Part shown: one piece after another, positions 31,914 through 41,218 of the stretch
Layout: the number at the start of each line of letters is the position of its first letter
How positions within the stretch are numbered: the stretch's first letter is position 1
Origin: Clostridium sp. CAG:413
GTDB lineage: Bacteria > Bacillota > Clostridia > Oscillospirales > Oscillospiraceae
Direction: 5' to 3'
Assembly: GCA_963650985.1 (NCBI GenBank)
Contig: CAVJNL010000001.1
Location: 1-62,346 of the forward strand
DNA: 62,346 bases
Position numbers and translations under genes: made by a program
The notes under the pieces: model-generated
What the model was told of the DNA's origin: nothing
Seen by the model: the letters and a program-made list of their open reading frames with translations, nothing else
The model's database searches: none

Positions 31914-33410
31914 CTACTTCCGCAGCACCGGGATCAGCAGCATACCCTCCGGCAAAGTGTCGTCCTCCATGTGGTTGCACTGTCGTATGGCCTCCTCGCT
32001 GCTGCCATGCTGCTTGGCAATGTCCCACAGGCACTCGCCGCACTTGGCCCGCCGCAGCACCAGGGACGGCCTGGGCTTCTGCCCCTCCCCGGACTCCGAC
32101 ACCGCCGTCACGGTTTTTATCTCTGCTTCCTCGCCGGTCATGCCGCAGAAGTACACCGGCACACGCACCTGGCAGGTCCCTGCGCTCCCCCGCAGCTCGG
32201 CAATGCCGCTGCGCAGCCACGCCGCGTCCAGGGTGCCGTCCACGGTCGCACTCATCTCCCTGCTCCGCTCCGCCGTCACCGGCGCGCCGCTCTCGTCCTG
32301 ATAGAGTATCCGCATCCGCACGGTGGTGGACAGCTCCGTCCGCCCCCCGTCGCACCGGGCAATGACCCCGCCGCAGTCAAAGGCCGTCATGTATGCAAAC
32401 AGCGACCCCCGCCCGGATTCCAGCAGCTCCTCCGCCCATTCTCGGGCGCAAACCGGGCTGCACCGCTGGGTAAACCGCACCGTCTCCGTCTCCGCTGCCA
32501 GGGTCTGGCAGGTGCTGTACAGGTCCGTCACATAGGAAACCTCCCGCTTCTGATACGCGAACGCCTGCAAGGTGATCCGGGCCGTGAGACCCATGCGGCA
32601 GCCGCCCTCGCCACGCACCAACCGCAGGTCCCACTCGCTGGCCTCCGCCTCCACCTGCCAGGCGGCGTTCTCCAGGGCGGTGAACCCATCCAAAATCTGC
32701 GAAAACGGCACTGTCTGCACCATGTCCCGAAGCTTGCGATCCGCCACGCGCAGCATGGCCGACATGCACAGCTCCCCCTTCACCACCAGCTTGCTGCCCA
32801 GTTGCTGGCAGCTTGTGATGCGCGGCAGCATCCGGCTCAAGAGAATTTCCTCCACCTGCTCCGTGCCGCATTCAAATTCCTGGGCCGTGGTGCAGCTCCT
32901 CTCCTCCGCCGCCGCCAAAAGGCAAAGCTCCCGGGTTCTCCGCCGCACTTGCAGACCCTTGCCCTCAGCTCCGCAGCACAGCCGCATCTGCTTCTGCCCG
33001 AACCCCAGCACCGTCAGCTCCGGGATCACCCGCAGATAGAGCTTGCGCCCGGTGATGGGCTTCGCCTCGCACAAAAGCAGCCTGCTATGTACCTGCATCA
33101 TCCGGCACTCCCGCAGCTTCGGGTCGCTGAGCTCGCAGGTAAAAGGCACCATCACCGTCACGCTTTGCAGCCCCTCCGTCTCCTCGGAGAGATAGAGCAC
33201 CGTCACCCGTGCCTCACCCCGGAGCATGCCCTCCGCCGCCTGCTTCTCCCGCACCAAAAGCTGGCCCGTGGCCTCCAATATTCTCGACACCGTGGCGCAG
33301 TAGTCGGGCAGGGTCGTCTCCGTCGTCTCCTCGTGGGTCGTCACCACTTTGGTCAGTAAGTCATAGCAAGTGATCTGCTCAAATTTCAGTTCCGTGTCCA
33401 CTTCAATCAC
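31914..33410 (-). CDS. sipL: SPOCS (DUF3794) + LysM spore coat morphogenetic protein, SipL-like
   Basis: LPDY..RIL SPOCS-type start, about 500 aa, C-terminal LysM (GECLWDIAKQH..IRQCN). Start may be GTG at 33401. Confidence 0.8.
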   Translation of the reverse strand: MIEVDTELKFEQITCYDLLTKVVTTHEETTETTLPDYCATVSRILEATGQLLVREKQAAEGMLRGEARVTVLYLSEETEGLQSVTVMVPFTCELSDPKLRECRMMQVHSRLLLCEAKPITGRKLYLRVIPELTVLGFGQKQMRLCCGAEGKGLQVRRRTRELCLLAAAEERSCTTAQEFECGTEQVEEILLSRMLPRITSCQQLGSKLVVKGELCMSAMLRVADRKLRDMVQTVPFSQILDGFTALENAAWQVEAEASEWDLRLVRGEGGCRMGLTARITLQAFAYQKREVSYVTDLYSTCQTLAAETETVRFTQRCSPVCAREWAEELLESGRGSLFAYMTAFDCGGVIARCDGGRTELSTTVRMRILYQDESGAPVTAERSREMSATVDGTLDAAWLRSGIAELRGSAGTCQVRVPVYFCGMTGEEAEIKTVTAVSESGEGQKPRPSLVLRRAKCGECLWDIAKQHGSSEEAIRQCNHMEDDTLPEGMLLIPVLRK

Positions 33411-33434
33411 CCTCTCATATTGTGTCCTGCCCCC

Positions 33435-33463
33435 ATTCTATGAGCGGGCCGCCGCCTCTATTC
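33435..33463 (-). promoter_or_regulatory. SigE-type promoter of the sipL-like gene
   Basis: GAATAGA-14-CATAGAAT. Confidence 0.55.
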
Positions 33464-33532
33464 CTTCCCGCAGAATAAGCAGCGCAGAATGCCCCGCAAA
33501 AACCCCGGCGCTTTCCATACGATGATCCGCAT
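33458..33532 (-). CDS. spoVM: Stage V sporulation protein SpoVM, 24 aa
   Basis: MRIIVWKAPGFLRGILRCLFCGKE with K7-x-P9-x-FL-x-GI-x-R pattern; strong SD GGGAGG; located downstream of rsgA. Confidence 0.85.
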   Translation of the reverse strand: MRIIVWKAPGFLRGILRCLFCGKE

Positions 33533-33546
33533 TTTCCTCCCCCCTT

Positions 33547-33699
33547 TCACTGCCGCATACAGCAAATGCCGCAGGCGATCAATAAAAATGCTACAATGAA
33601 CATCAAGCACCCCACCGGGAAAATGGCCGCAATGAGGATGCCCACGCCCAAGGCCAGCGCGCAGATCCCCACGCCCCTCCCGCAGTTCCACCGTCTCAT
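33547..33699 (-). CDS. Small Cys-rich two-TM membrane protein, 50 aa
   Basis: MRRWNCGRGVGICALALGVGILIAAIFPVGCLMFIVAFLLIACGICCMRQ; SD GAGGAGG; 14 nt upstream of spoVM. Confidence 0.75.
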   Translation of the reverse strand: MRRWNCGRGVGICALALGVGILIAAIFPVGCLMFIVAFLLIACGICCMRQ

Positions 33700-33751
33700 A
33701 ATAACCCTCCTCTACTGCAATATACGCGCCACCGCGTCCCGAGGTTCATAT

Positions 33752-33790
33752 AAAAAGCTCCGCCGCCTCCCGAAGAAAGCAGCGGAGTTT
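33752..33790 (-). terminator. Terminator after rsgA
   Basis: Minus strand CTCCGCTGC..GCGGCGGAG-CTTTTT. Confidence 0.7.
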
Positions 33791-33793
33791 CTA

Positions 33794-34672
33794 TTATTTT
33801 TTATCCCAGGGGCGGATGTCCTTCACTTCCTCCCACAGCCGCACATAGCTTTTGTGCCGCTGGGCCGGAATATCCCCCCGCCGCACCGCGTCCAGCACGG
33901 CGCAGCCCCTTTCCTTGATGTGCTTGCACCCCACGAACCGGCACTGGCCCAGATACGGCAGAAACTCGGGAAAAGTCTCCGGCAGCCGCGCCTGCAATTC
34001 CAGGTTCAGCTCCTCCGTGTCAAAGGAGGAAAAGCCCGGGGTGTCGATGACCCAGGTGTCCTCCTCCACGGAGAACATCTCCACATGGCGGGTGGTGTGC
34101 CTGCCCCGTCCCAGGGCCTGGCTCACCTCGCCCACCTGCAAGGATAGGTCCGGACACAGGCAGTTGAGAATGCTGGATTTCCCAACGCCGGAGTTCCCTG
34201 TAAAGGCACTTAGCTTGCCATGGATACGGCCCCGCAGCTCCTCTGTTCCCTCCCCGGTCTTAGCGCTGACACGCAGCACGGGGATGGCGGAATGAGCGTA
34301 GATCTCATACAGGTCCTCCGCCGGGTCCAGGTCGCTCTTGTTCAGGCACACCAGCACCCAGCAGCCCTTCAGGGCGGCGATGGAAGCAATGCGGTCAATG
34401 AGATACGGGTCCGTCACCGGGATGGCCCCGGAGGCGATGATCACAAGCTGGTCGATGTTGGCCGCCGAGGGCCGGGCGAAGCAGTTTTTCCGTGGCTCGA
34501 TCTCCTCTACGAAACCTTCTCCGCCGCCCAGCTCCCGCACCTGCACCCAGTCGCCCACCAGGGGGCTGGTGCCCTCCCGGCGAAACTTCCCCCGGGCCCG
34601 GCACTGCAAGACCTGGCCGCCCACATTCACATAGTAGAACCCGCTCAGGGCTTTTTCAATGCGTCCTCTCAT
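33794..34672 (-). CDS. rsgA: Ribosome small subunit-dependent GTPase A
   Basis: NKSD, GNSGVGKSS, RGRHTT, DTPG, CRFVGCKH..C zinc site. Confidence 0.96.
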   Translation of the reverse strand: MRGRIEKALSGFYYVNVGGQVLQCRARGKFRREGTSPLVGDWVQVRELGGGEGFVEEIEPRKNCFARPSAANIDQLVIIASGAIPVTDPYLIDRIASIAALKGCWVLVCLNKSDLDPAEDLYEIYAHSAIPVLRVSAKTGEGTEELRGRIHGKLSAFTGNSGVGKSSILNCLCPDLSLQVGEVSQALGRGRHTTRHVEMFSVEEDTWVIDTPGFSSFDTEELNLELQARLPETFPEFLPYLGQCRFVGCKHIKERGCAVLDAVRRGDIPAQRHKSYVRLWEEVKDIRPWDKK

Positions 34673-36627
34673 CCGTCCGTATGGCCGCCGTCCGGCTCAG
34701 GCTCCGTGGACTGGGACTGCACCACGATCACAATGGTGCTGCCCTTTTCGGCGGTGCCGGTAGGATTGCAGCTAATGACCATGGCGTTCTCGCCTTCCTC
34801 ACCCTGCCACTGCACTTCCACCACAAATCCGGCCTGCTCCAGGGTAGCTTTGGCCCGCTCCAGGGAAGCGCCCACCACATTGGGCACATCCACCAAAGAG
34901 GTGTTGGGCCCCAAGCTGATGGTAAAGTAAATGTTGTCGCCGGTCTTGGCCTCAGTCGTCGCGGAAATGCTTTGGCGGATAACCGTGCCCGCAGGCTTAT
35001 CGCTGTACTCGCCGGAGCTGGCACCCACCACCAGGCCCAGCTTCTGGGCCTCAATGTTGGCCTTTTCCTCGGTCATGCCCACGAAATTGGGCACGGTCAC
35101 GGGCTTAATTTCCTTGCCGGAGCTGACATAGAGGATGATGGTATTGCCCTGGCGAATCTCAGCCCCCGCCGCCGGACTGGTGGCGGCGATCAGGCCCTTG
35201 GTCACGGAGTCGGACGGCCTATCCTGCACCTGGATGTTCAGCCCCAGGCCCATGTTGTTCAAAATGCTCTTGGCCTCGCTCTCGGACAGATTCAGCACCG
35301 TGGGCATATAGGACTTCTCCACCTTGGAGCAGATATACACCTGAATGGTCAGATTGTTCTTGCGCAGTGTCCCCTCGCTGGGGTCCTGAGAAATGATCTG
35401 TCCATCCTCATACTTGCTGTTTTCCTTGGTACCAACGACTTCAATGGTGAAAATGCCCTTAATGCCGTCCAGCTTCTCGGCCTGCTCCACAGTCAAGCCC
35501 CGAATATCCGGCACCTTGTGGCCGCTGCTGTCACCGCCGCCGCCAAAGCCGCCGAAGATCAGCATAAAGATCAGAAATATGAGCACCAGTGCCCCGGCAA
35601 ATGCGCCGATGATGATAGCCATGCGCTTCTTCTCGTCCTTGGTCCCGGCGATACCGGGCTTCTCCTGCTTCTCCGCGGCCTGCTCGACCTTCTCCTTCTT
35701 GCTGCGGACGGCCTCGCTGAGCTCCTTTTTGCTGATGTAGCGAGTGGCCTCGGTGTTCTCCTTCTCCTTCAGCTCCTCGCGGATATACTCCATGTCGATA
35801 TCGGGGTTCTTGCGGAAGCTCTCCAGGTCCTCCAGCATAGCCGTGGCGGAGGCATAGCGCTTGTTGATGTCGGCGCACATGGCTTTCATGCAGATCAGCT
35901 CCAGGCCCTTGGGAATGTCCTCCCGAATCTCGCTGGGCGCCAGAGGCACCGAGCTCAGGTGCTGGATGGCGACGGACACAGCGGTGTCGCCCTCAAAGGG
36001 CAGCCGACCCGTGAGCATCTCATAGAGCACCACACCGGCGGAATAAATGTCGGACCGGGCGTCGATGTGCTCACCCCGGGCCTGCTCGGGAGAGATATAG
36101 TGAACGGACCCCAAAGCGTCCTGGGTCAGCGTCTGGGCGTTATTTTGCAGGCAGGCGATGCCGAAGTCGGCCACCTTCACGCTGCCATCCCGCAGGACCA
36201 TGATGTTCTGGGGCTTGATGTCCCGGTGGACAATGCCCCGGCCGTGGGCGTGCTCCAGGGCACGCATGATCTGCATGATGAAGTGCAGGGACTCCCGCCA
36301 ATCCATCTGCCCCCGCCGCTCCATGTACTGCTTGAGGGTGATGCCGTCAATGAGCTCCATGACGATGTACTCGGTGTCGCCGCTGCTGGAGACATCGTAC
36401 ACCGACACGATGTTGGCATGGGAGAGCTGCGCCACAGCCCGGCTCTCGTCCCGGAAGCGGCGGCGAATCTCCTCGTTTTCCGCCATGTCGGACTTGAGAA
36501 TTTTGATCGCCACCATGCGGTTGAGGCGGTGGCACTTGGCCTTATACACATTGGCCATGCCACCGGATCCGATGAGCTCGATGATCTCGTAACGGTCATC
36601 CAGCATTTTTCCTATGTACTTATCCAT
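34669..36627 (-). CDS. pknB: PASTA-domain Ser/Thr kinase (PrkC/Stk1)
   Basis: IGSGGMANV, HRDIKPQN, DFG, YISPEQ, TM segment, PASTA repeats. Confidence 0.96.
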   Translation of the reverse strand: MDKYIGKMLDDRYEIIELIGSGGMANVYKAKCHRLNRMVAIKILKSDMAENEEIRRRFRDESRAVAQLSHANIVSVYDVSSSGDTEYIVMELIDGITLKQYMERRGQMDWRESLHFIMQIMRALEHAHGRGIVHRDIKPQNIMVLRDGSVKVADFGIACLQNNAQTLTQDALGSVHYISPEQARGEHIDARSDIYSAGVVLYEMLTGRLPFEGDTAVSVAIQHLSSVPLAPSEIREDIPKGLELICMKAMCADINKRYASATAMLEDLESFRKNPDIDMEYIREELKEKENTEATRYISKKELSEAVRSKKEKVEQAAEKQEKPGIAGTKDEKKRMAIIIGAFAGALVLIFLIFMLIFGGFGGGGDSSGHKVPDIRGLTVEQAEKLDGIKGIFTIEVVGTKENSKYEDGQIISQDPSEGTLRKNNLTIQVYICSKVEKSYMPTVLNLSESEAKSILNNMGLGLNIQVQDRPSDSVTKGLIAATSPAAGAEIRQGNTIILYVSSGKEIKPVTVPNFVGMTEEKANIEAQKLGLVVGASSGEYSDKPAGTVIRQSISATTEAKTGDNIYFTISLGPNTSLVDVPNVVGASLERAKATLEQAGFVVEVQWQGEEGENAMVISCNPTGTAEKGSTIVIVVQSQSTEPEPDGGHTDG

Positions 36628-36641
36628 ATTCCAAATCTCCT

Positions 36642-37373
36642 TTATATGTTCTGCATCAGGATCGCCGTTACATTATCCGGCGCGCCGCGGCTCACGGAAA
36701 TATCCACCAGCCGCTTCAGGCAGTGCTCCGGGTTCTCGGTATGCACGATCTCAAAGAGCAGCTCCTGGTCGCTGACGGTGTTCACCAGTCCGTCCGTGCA
36801 CAAAAGCAGGTAGTCACCCTGTTTCCACTTGCACGAAAACTCATCGTCCTGCACATTTTCCTCCGGCCCCAAGGCCCGGGTGATCAGGTTTCGATTGGGG
36901 TGCCGCCGGGCCTCCTGCTCGGTCATGTTCCCCTGCTCCACCATGGACCCCACCAGAGAGTGATCCTTGGAAATCTGCCGGATGCCGCCGTCGCCCAAGA
37001 GATAGGCCCGGCTGTCGCCCACATTGCTGATGAGCACATCCTCCCCAGACACGATGGCCGCCACCAGGGTGGTTCCCATGTGCTGCACGGAGGGCTCCTC
37101 CTGGGCCTTCTGCCGAATGGCCCGGTTGGCGGCGGCAATGGCGTAGCCGGACACCTCCTTGAGCTGCTGGGCGGTCATGTGGCGGCGAAGATTTTTCTCC
37201 AACTGCTGGCGGTAGGTCTGCACAGCCAGCTTGCTGGCAACGGCTCCGCCTGCGGTACCGCCCATCCCGTCGCAAACCACGGCGGCGGTGTAATTCTGTA
37301 TCAGCATCGTCCCGCAGGCGTCCTGGTTCTCATGCCGCACAAGACCGATGTCTGATATGCTCCATATCCTCAT
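36642..37373 (-). CDS. stp: PP2C-type Ser/Thr phosphatase (Stp/PrpC)
   Basis: NQDA, CDGMGG, MGTT, NVGDSR, CTDGL, DNVT motifs. Confidence 0.94.
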   Translation of the reverse strand: MRIWSISDIGLVRHENQDACGTMLIQNYTAAVVCDGMGGTAGGAVASKLAVQTYRQQLEKNLRRHMTAQQLKEVSGYAIAAANRAIRQKAQEEPSVQHMGTTLVAAIVSGEDVLISNVGDSRAYLLGDGGIRQISKDHSLVGSMVEQGNMTEQEARRHPNRNLITRALGPEENVQDDEFSCKWKQGDYLLLCTDGLVNTVSDQELLFEIVHTENPEHCLKRLVDISVSRGAPDNVTAILMQNI

Positions 37374-38410
37374 TTTCCGCTGACTTCCTCCTTTTCTTCC
37401 ATTGCCTTGCGCCGAAGCTGGCCGCAAGACGCATCTATATCTCCGCCCAGACTTCGCCGCACTGTGGCGGTGATGCCGTGGGACTCCAACCGTTTTTGAA
37501 AGGCCGCCACCCGGTGGCTGGGCTTGAAGGGGCTCTCCACTACATCGTTCAGCGGAATGAGATTCACATGCCCCGGCATACCCGCCAGCTTTTTGGCTAT
37601 AAGGTCTGCCTGCCAGTCGTGGTCGTTCACCCCGTCGATCATGGCGTATTCAAAGGATATGCGCCGCCCGGTGGTCTTAAAATAGCGGTGGCAGGCGGCA
37701 AACAGCTCCTCCACATCATATTTTTGATTCACCGGCATAATGCGTGAGCGCGTCTCGCTGTCCGGCGCATGGAGGGACACCGAAAGCGTCAACTGCAAGT
37801 GCAGCCCCGCCAGATAGTCAATGCCCGGTATCACGCCGCAGGTGGATAAGCTGATGTGCCGCATACCGATGTTCAGCCCATCGGGATGGTTCACCAGCTC
37901 CAAAAATTTCAGCACATTTTCCCGGTTGTCCAGAGGCTCTCCAATGCCCATCAGCACGATATTGGAGATCTCCCGACCGGAATCCAACTGCGTAAACAGC
38001 ACCTGGTCCAGCAGCTCTGAGGGCGTCAGGTCCCGGACCCGCCCGGCGATGGTGGACGCGCAGAAGGCGCACCCCATCCGGCACCCCACCTGAGAGGAGA
38101 TGCACACGGTGTTGCCGTGGTGATACTGCATGAGGACGGTCTCAATGCAGTTGCCGTCCTCCAGCTCCCAGAGGTATTTAATGGTGCCGTCCAGCCGCGA
38201 CTCCTGCTTCCGCGCCACCCGTGGCACGGTGATATGGCAGCTCTCGGCCAGCTTTTGCCGCAGGGACTTGGAGAGGTTGCTCATGTCGTCAAAGCTCTGC
38301 GCGCCCCGGTGCAGCCAGGTGAAAACCTGCTTGGCCCGGAAGGCCGGCTCCCCCATACTGCGAAAATAGTCCCCCATCTCCGCCAGGGTCATGGATTTGA
38401 TGTCAAGCAA
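37370..38410 (-). CDS. rlmN: Dual-specificity RNA methyltransferase RlmN
   Basis: SSQVGCRMGCAFC radical-SAM motif, MGIGEP, ASCGQL. Confidence 0.96.
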   Translation of the reverse strand: MLDIKSMTLAEMGDYFRSMGEPAFRAKQVFTWLHRGAQSFDDMSNLSKSLRQKLAESCHITVPRVARKQESRLDGTIKYLWELEDGNCIETVLMQYHHGNTVCISSQVGCRMGCAFCASTIAGRVRDLTPSELLDQVLFTQLDSGREISNIVLMGIGEPLDNRENVLKFLELVNHPDGLNIGMRHISLSTCGVIPGIDYLAGLHLQLTLSVSLHAPDSETRSRIMPVNQKYDVEELFAACHRYFKTTGRRISFEYAMIDGVNDHDWQADLIAKKLAGMPGHVNLIPLNDVVESPFKPSHRVAAFQKRLESHGITATVRRSLGGDIDASCGQLRRKAMEEKEEVSGK

Positions 38411-38437
38411 GAGAGCGTCTCCCTCCTTCCGTGTCCT

Positions 38438-39781
38438 TCAGTCCTTTCTGCGCATTCGGCAGATGTAAAACCCGTCCGTCCCATGCTTTTGTGGCCACAG
38501 AGTCAACTGGCCGGCATCGACCGGCCCAATGGGCAGCGGCAGGGTGAACCCCGTCCGCTCAAACTCCGGGTGCGCCTGCAAAAACGCCCCCGTCACCTGC
38601 TCGTTCTCCTCCGGGAGGATAGTGCAGGTGGAGTAAATCAGCACGCCGCCGGGGCGCACATACCGGCACACATTTTCCAAAATTTCTCTCTGTATCCCCG
38701 GAAGCTGCGCCAGCTCCTTGGGGTCCTTATATCGAATATCCGGCTTCTTGCGAATGATGCCCAGGCCCGAGCAGGGCACATCGGCGATGACCACATCCGC
38801 CTCTCTGTCCCAGGCCGCGTGGTGCTCCCGGGCATCCGCCAGCATGGTCCGCAGGCAGGAAATGCCCAGCCGCTCCGCCCCGGCGTCGATGAGCTTCAGC
38901 TTGTGGGGGTAAATGTCGCAGGAGAGGATGTCCCCCTCCCCCTCCATGGCGATGGCGGCGGCAAAGGATTTGCCCCCCGGCGCAGCGCACACATCCTGCA
39001 CCCGGTCGCCCTTTTTCAGCTGGGCCACCATCGTCACCAGGTGGGCGGCGGCGTCCTGCACCATGAATCGCCCCTCCGCAAAGGCGGGCAGACGCTCCAA
39101 ATTGCCGGTGCCGCGCACCGTAAAGCAGTGGGGCAGCCAGCCGTGGCGCTCCACCTCCACCCCGGCCTGGCGCAGCTCCTGGGCCAGGGCCTCGTCGTCG
39201 GTTTTCAGCAGATTCGTCTGAATGGTGGTGGGCACAATGTCGTTGTCCCCCTGCAAAAACCGCTCCGTCTCCTCCGGGGAGAGCAGCCCCAAAAGCCGCT
39301 CCACCAGCCAACGGGGGTGGCTATAACGAATGGAAAGATATTCCGCCGTGCTCCCTTGGGGAATGGGCGGCATATCCATCCAGTTGCTCACAAATTTCCG
39401 CAGCACGGCGTTCACCATGCCCGCCGCCCGGGGCCGTCCGTTTTTGCGGCACATCTCCACCGCCTCGTTCACGGCGGCCCGATGGGGAATTTTATCCATA
39501 AAAAGGATCTGATACCCGCCGATGCGCAGGATATTGCGGATGACCGGCTCCAGCTTGTGGGCCTTCTGCACGCAGTAGCAGGTGATATAGTAGTCCAGCA
39601 AGGTGCGGTTTTGCACCACGCCGTAGGCCAGCCTGGTAGCCAGGGCCGCCTCCCGGCCCTCCAACCCGTTTTTGACAATGGTGCGCTTGAGACTCCCGTC
39701 GGACCAGGCGTTGGCCCGCTCCACCTGCATCAGCACCTCCAGGGCCACATCTCGGGCGGTAAATTTTCTGTTCTCGCTCAT
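38438..39781 (-). CDS. rsmB: 16S rRNA m5C967 methyltransferase
   Basis: NusB-like N-terminus, CAAPGGKS, DVPCSGLG, YSTCT. Confidence 0.95.
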   Translation of the reverse strand: MSENRKFTARDVALEVLMQVERANAWSDGSLKRTIVKNGLEGREAALATRLAYGVVQNRTLLDYYITCYCVQKAHKLEPVIRNILRIGGYQILFMDKIPHRAAVNEAVEMCRKNGRPRAAGMVNAVLRKFVSNWMDMPPIPQGSTAEYLSIRYSHPRWLVERLLGLLSPEETERFLQGDNDIVPTTIQTNLLKTDDEALAQELRQAGVEVERHGWLPHCFTVRGTGNLERLPAFAEGRFMVQDAAAHLVTMVAQLKKGDRVQDVCAAPGGKSFAAAIAMEGEGDILSCDIYPHKLKLIDAGAERLGISCLRTMLADAREHHAAWDREADVVIADVPCSGLGIIRKKPDIRYKDPKELAQLPGIQREILENVCRYVRPGGVLIYSTCTILPEENEQVTGAFLQAHPEFERTGFTLPLPIGPVDAGQLTLWPQKHGTDGFYICRMRRKD

Positions 39782-40698
39782 TTTTCCACTTCCACAGGAT
39801 GGCCCCGAAGATAGTCCGCCGCCATCATTCGCTTGCCGCCCTCGGCCTGCACTTCCAATATCCACAGGCTCCGACCGTCGCCACAGGCCATTTCCAGGCC
39901 CTGCTTTCCGGCGGTGAGCACGGCACCGGGCCGGGCGGTCGTCTTGTCGCCCAGCTTCGTTTTGAACACCTTCAACTTCTTCTCCGCCAAAACCATGGTG
40001 GCGCAGGGCCAGGGGATCAGCCCCCGCACCTGGTCATGGAGCGCCTGGGCCGGTTTGCTCCAGTCCATAGGCGAAAGCTCCTTGCTGAGCATGGGCGCGT
40101 AGGTGAACGCGCTGTGATCCTGGGGTATCCGGGTGGCGGTGTCCGCGCCGATCTGCGCCACCGCCTCCGTTAGAGCCTCCGCCCCCAGCAGGGCCAGCCG
40201 CCCCGTCAGCTCCTGGGCGTTCTCCTCCGGCAGAATTTCTGTTTTTTTAATGCAGATAATGTCCCCGGCGTCCAGCTCCTTCGCCATATACATGATGGTC
40301 ACGCCGGTTTCCTTGAGGCCGTCCAAAATGGCCCAGTTGATGGGTGCCGCGCCGCGATATTTGGGCAAAACCGAGGAGTGAACATTGATGCACCCCATCG
40401 GCGGCACCGCCAAAATGTCCTCCGGCAGGATGCGCCCGTAGGCCGCCACCACGATCAGCTCCGGCTTCAGCTCCTGCACCAGGGCCAGGGCCGTTCCGTC
40501 GCGCATTTTCGTGGGCTGATAAACATTTAAGCCATGTGACAAGGCATACTCCTTTACAGGAGAAAGGGCCATTTTCATGCCCCGGTTCTTGGGCTTATCC
40601 GGCTGGGTGAACACGCCGCAGAGGTCGTGTCCGTCCTCCACCAGCCGCCGTAGCTGCTCCACGGCGAACTCCGGCGTTCCCATAAATAAAATTCGCAT
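39778..40698 (-). CDS. fmt: Methionyl-tRNA formyltransferase
   Basis: FMGTPEFA, TQPDKP, NVHSSVLPKYRGAAPI. Confidence 0.96.
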   Translation of the reverse strand: MRILFMGTPEFAVEQLRRLVEDGHDLCGVFTQPDKPKNRGMKMALSPVKEYALSHGLNVYQPTKMRDGTALALVQELKPELIVVAAYGRILPEDILAVPPMGCINVHSSVLPKYRGAAPINWAILDGLKETGVTIMYMAKELDAGDIICIKKTEILPEENAQELTGRLALLGAEALTEAVAQIGADTATRIPQDHSAFTYAPMLSKELSPMDWSKPAQALHDQVRGLIPWPCATMVLAEKKLKVFKTKLGDKTTARPGAVLTAGKQGLEMACGDGRSLWILEVQAEGGKRMMAADYLRGHPVEVEK

Positions 40699-41198
40699 TA
40701 CGACTCGTCCTCCTCTTGCTGGCGGATGTACTCTTGCAGCTCCTCCTCCGTCAGCAGATGATCCGTGTGCTCCACAAACAGGTGCCCGTCCAGGTGCTCG
40801 ATCTCGTGGCAGAAGCACCGGGCAGTTAGGTCCGTGTCCTCCACCTCAAAGAAGCTTCCGTCTCTATCCTGGGCGCGGACCCGTACCACCTCGGGGCGGG
40901 TAACAACGCCGTACTTTCCCGGCACGCTCAAGCAGCCCTCCAGGCCCGTCTGCTCCCCCTCGATGTAGATGATCTCGGGGTTAATGAGCTCGATGATCTC
41001 GTCGTCCTCGTTCTGCACCACGCACACCCGGCGCAGAATGCCCACCTGGGGCGCGGCTAGACCCACGCCGCCGGAGTCCAGGAGCGTGTCGGTCATGTCG
41101 TCCAGCAGAATGTGCAGCCGCTTATCAAAATTCGTCACAGGGCGGCACACCTTGGTCAGGCAGTCCTCCCCCTGCAATACGATCCGTCTCAGTGCCAT
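40698..41198 (-). CDS. def: Peptide deformylase
   Basis: GVGLAAPQ, EGCLS, HEIEHLDG. Confidence 0.97.
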   Translation of the reverse strand: MALRRIVLQGEDCLTKVCRPVTNFDKRLHILLDDMTDTLLDSGGVGLAAPQVGILRRVCVVQNEDDEIIELINPEIIYIEGEQTGLEGCLSVPGKYGVVTRPEVVRVRAQDRDGSFFEVEDTDLTARCFCHEIEHLDGHLFVEHTDHLLTEEELQEYIRQQEEDES

Positions 41199-41218
41199 TT
41201 TAGTTCTCCTCCTGCTCC

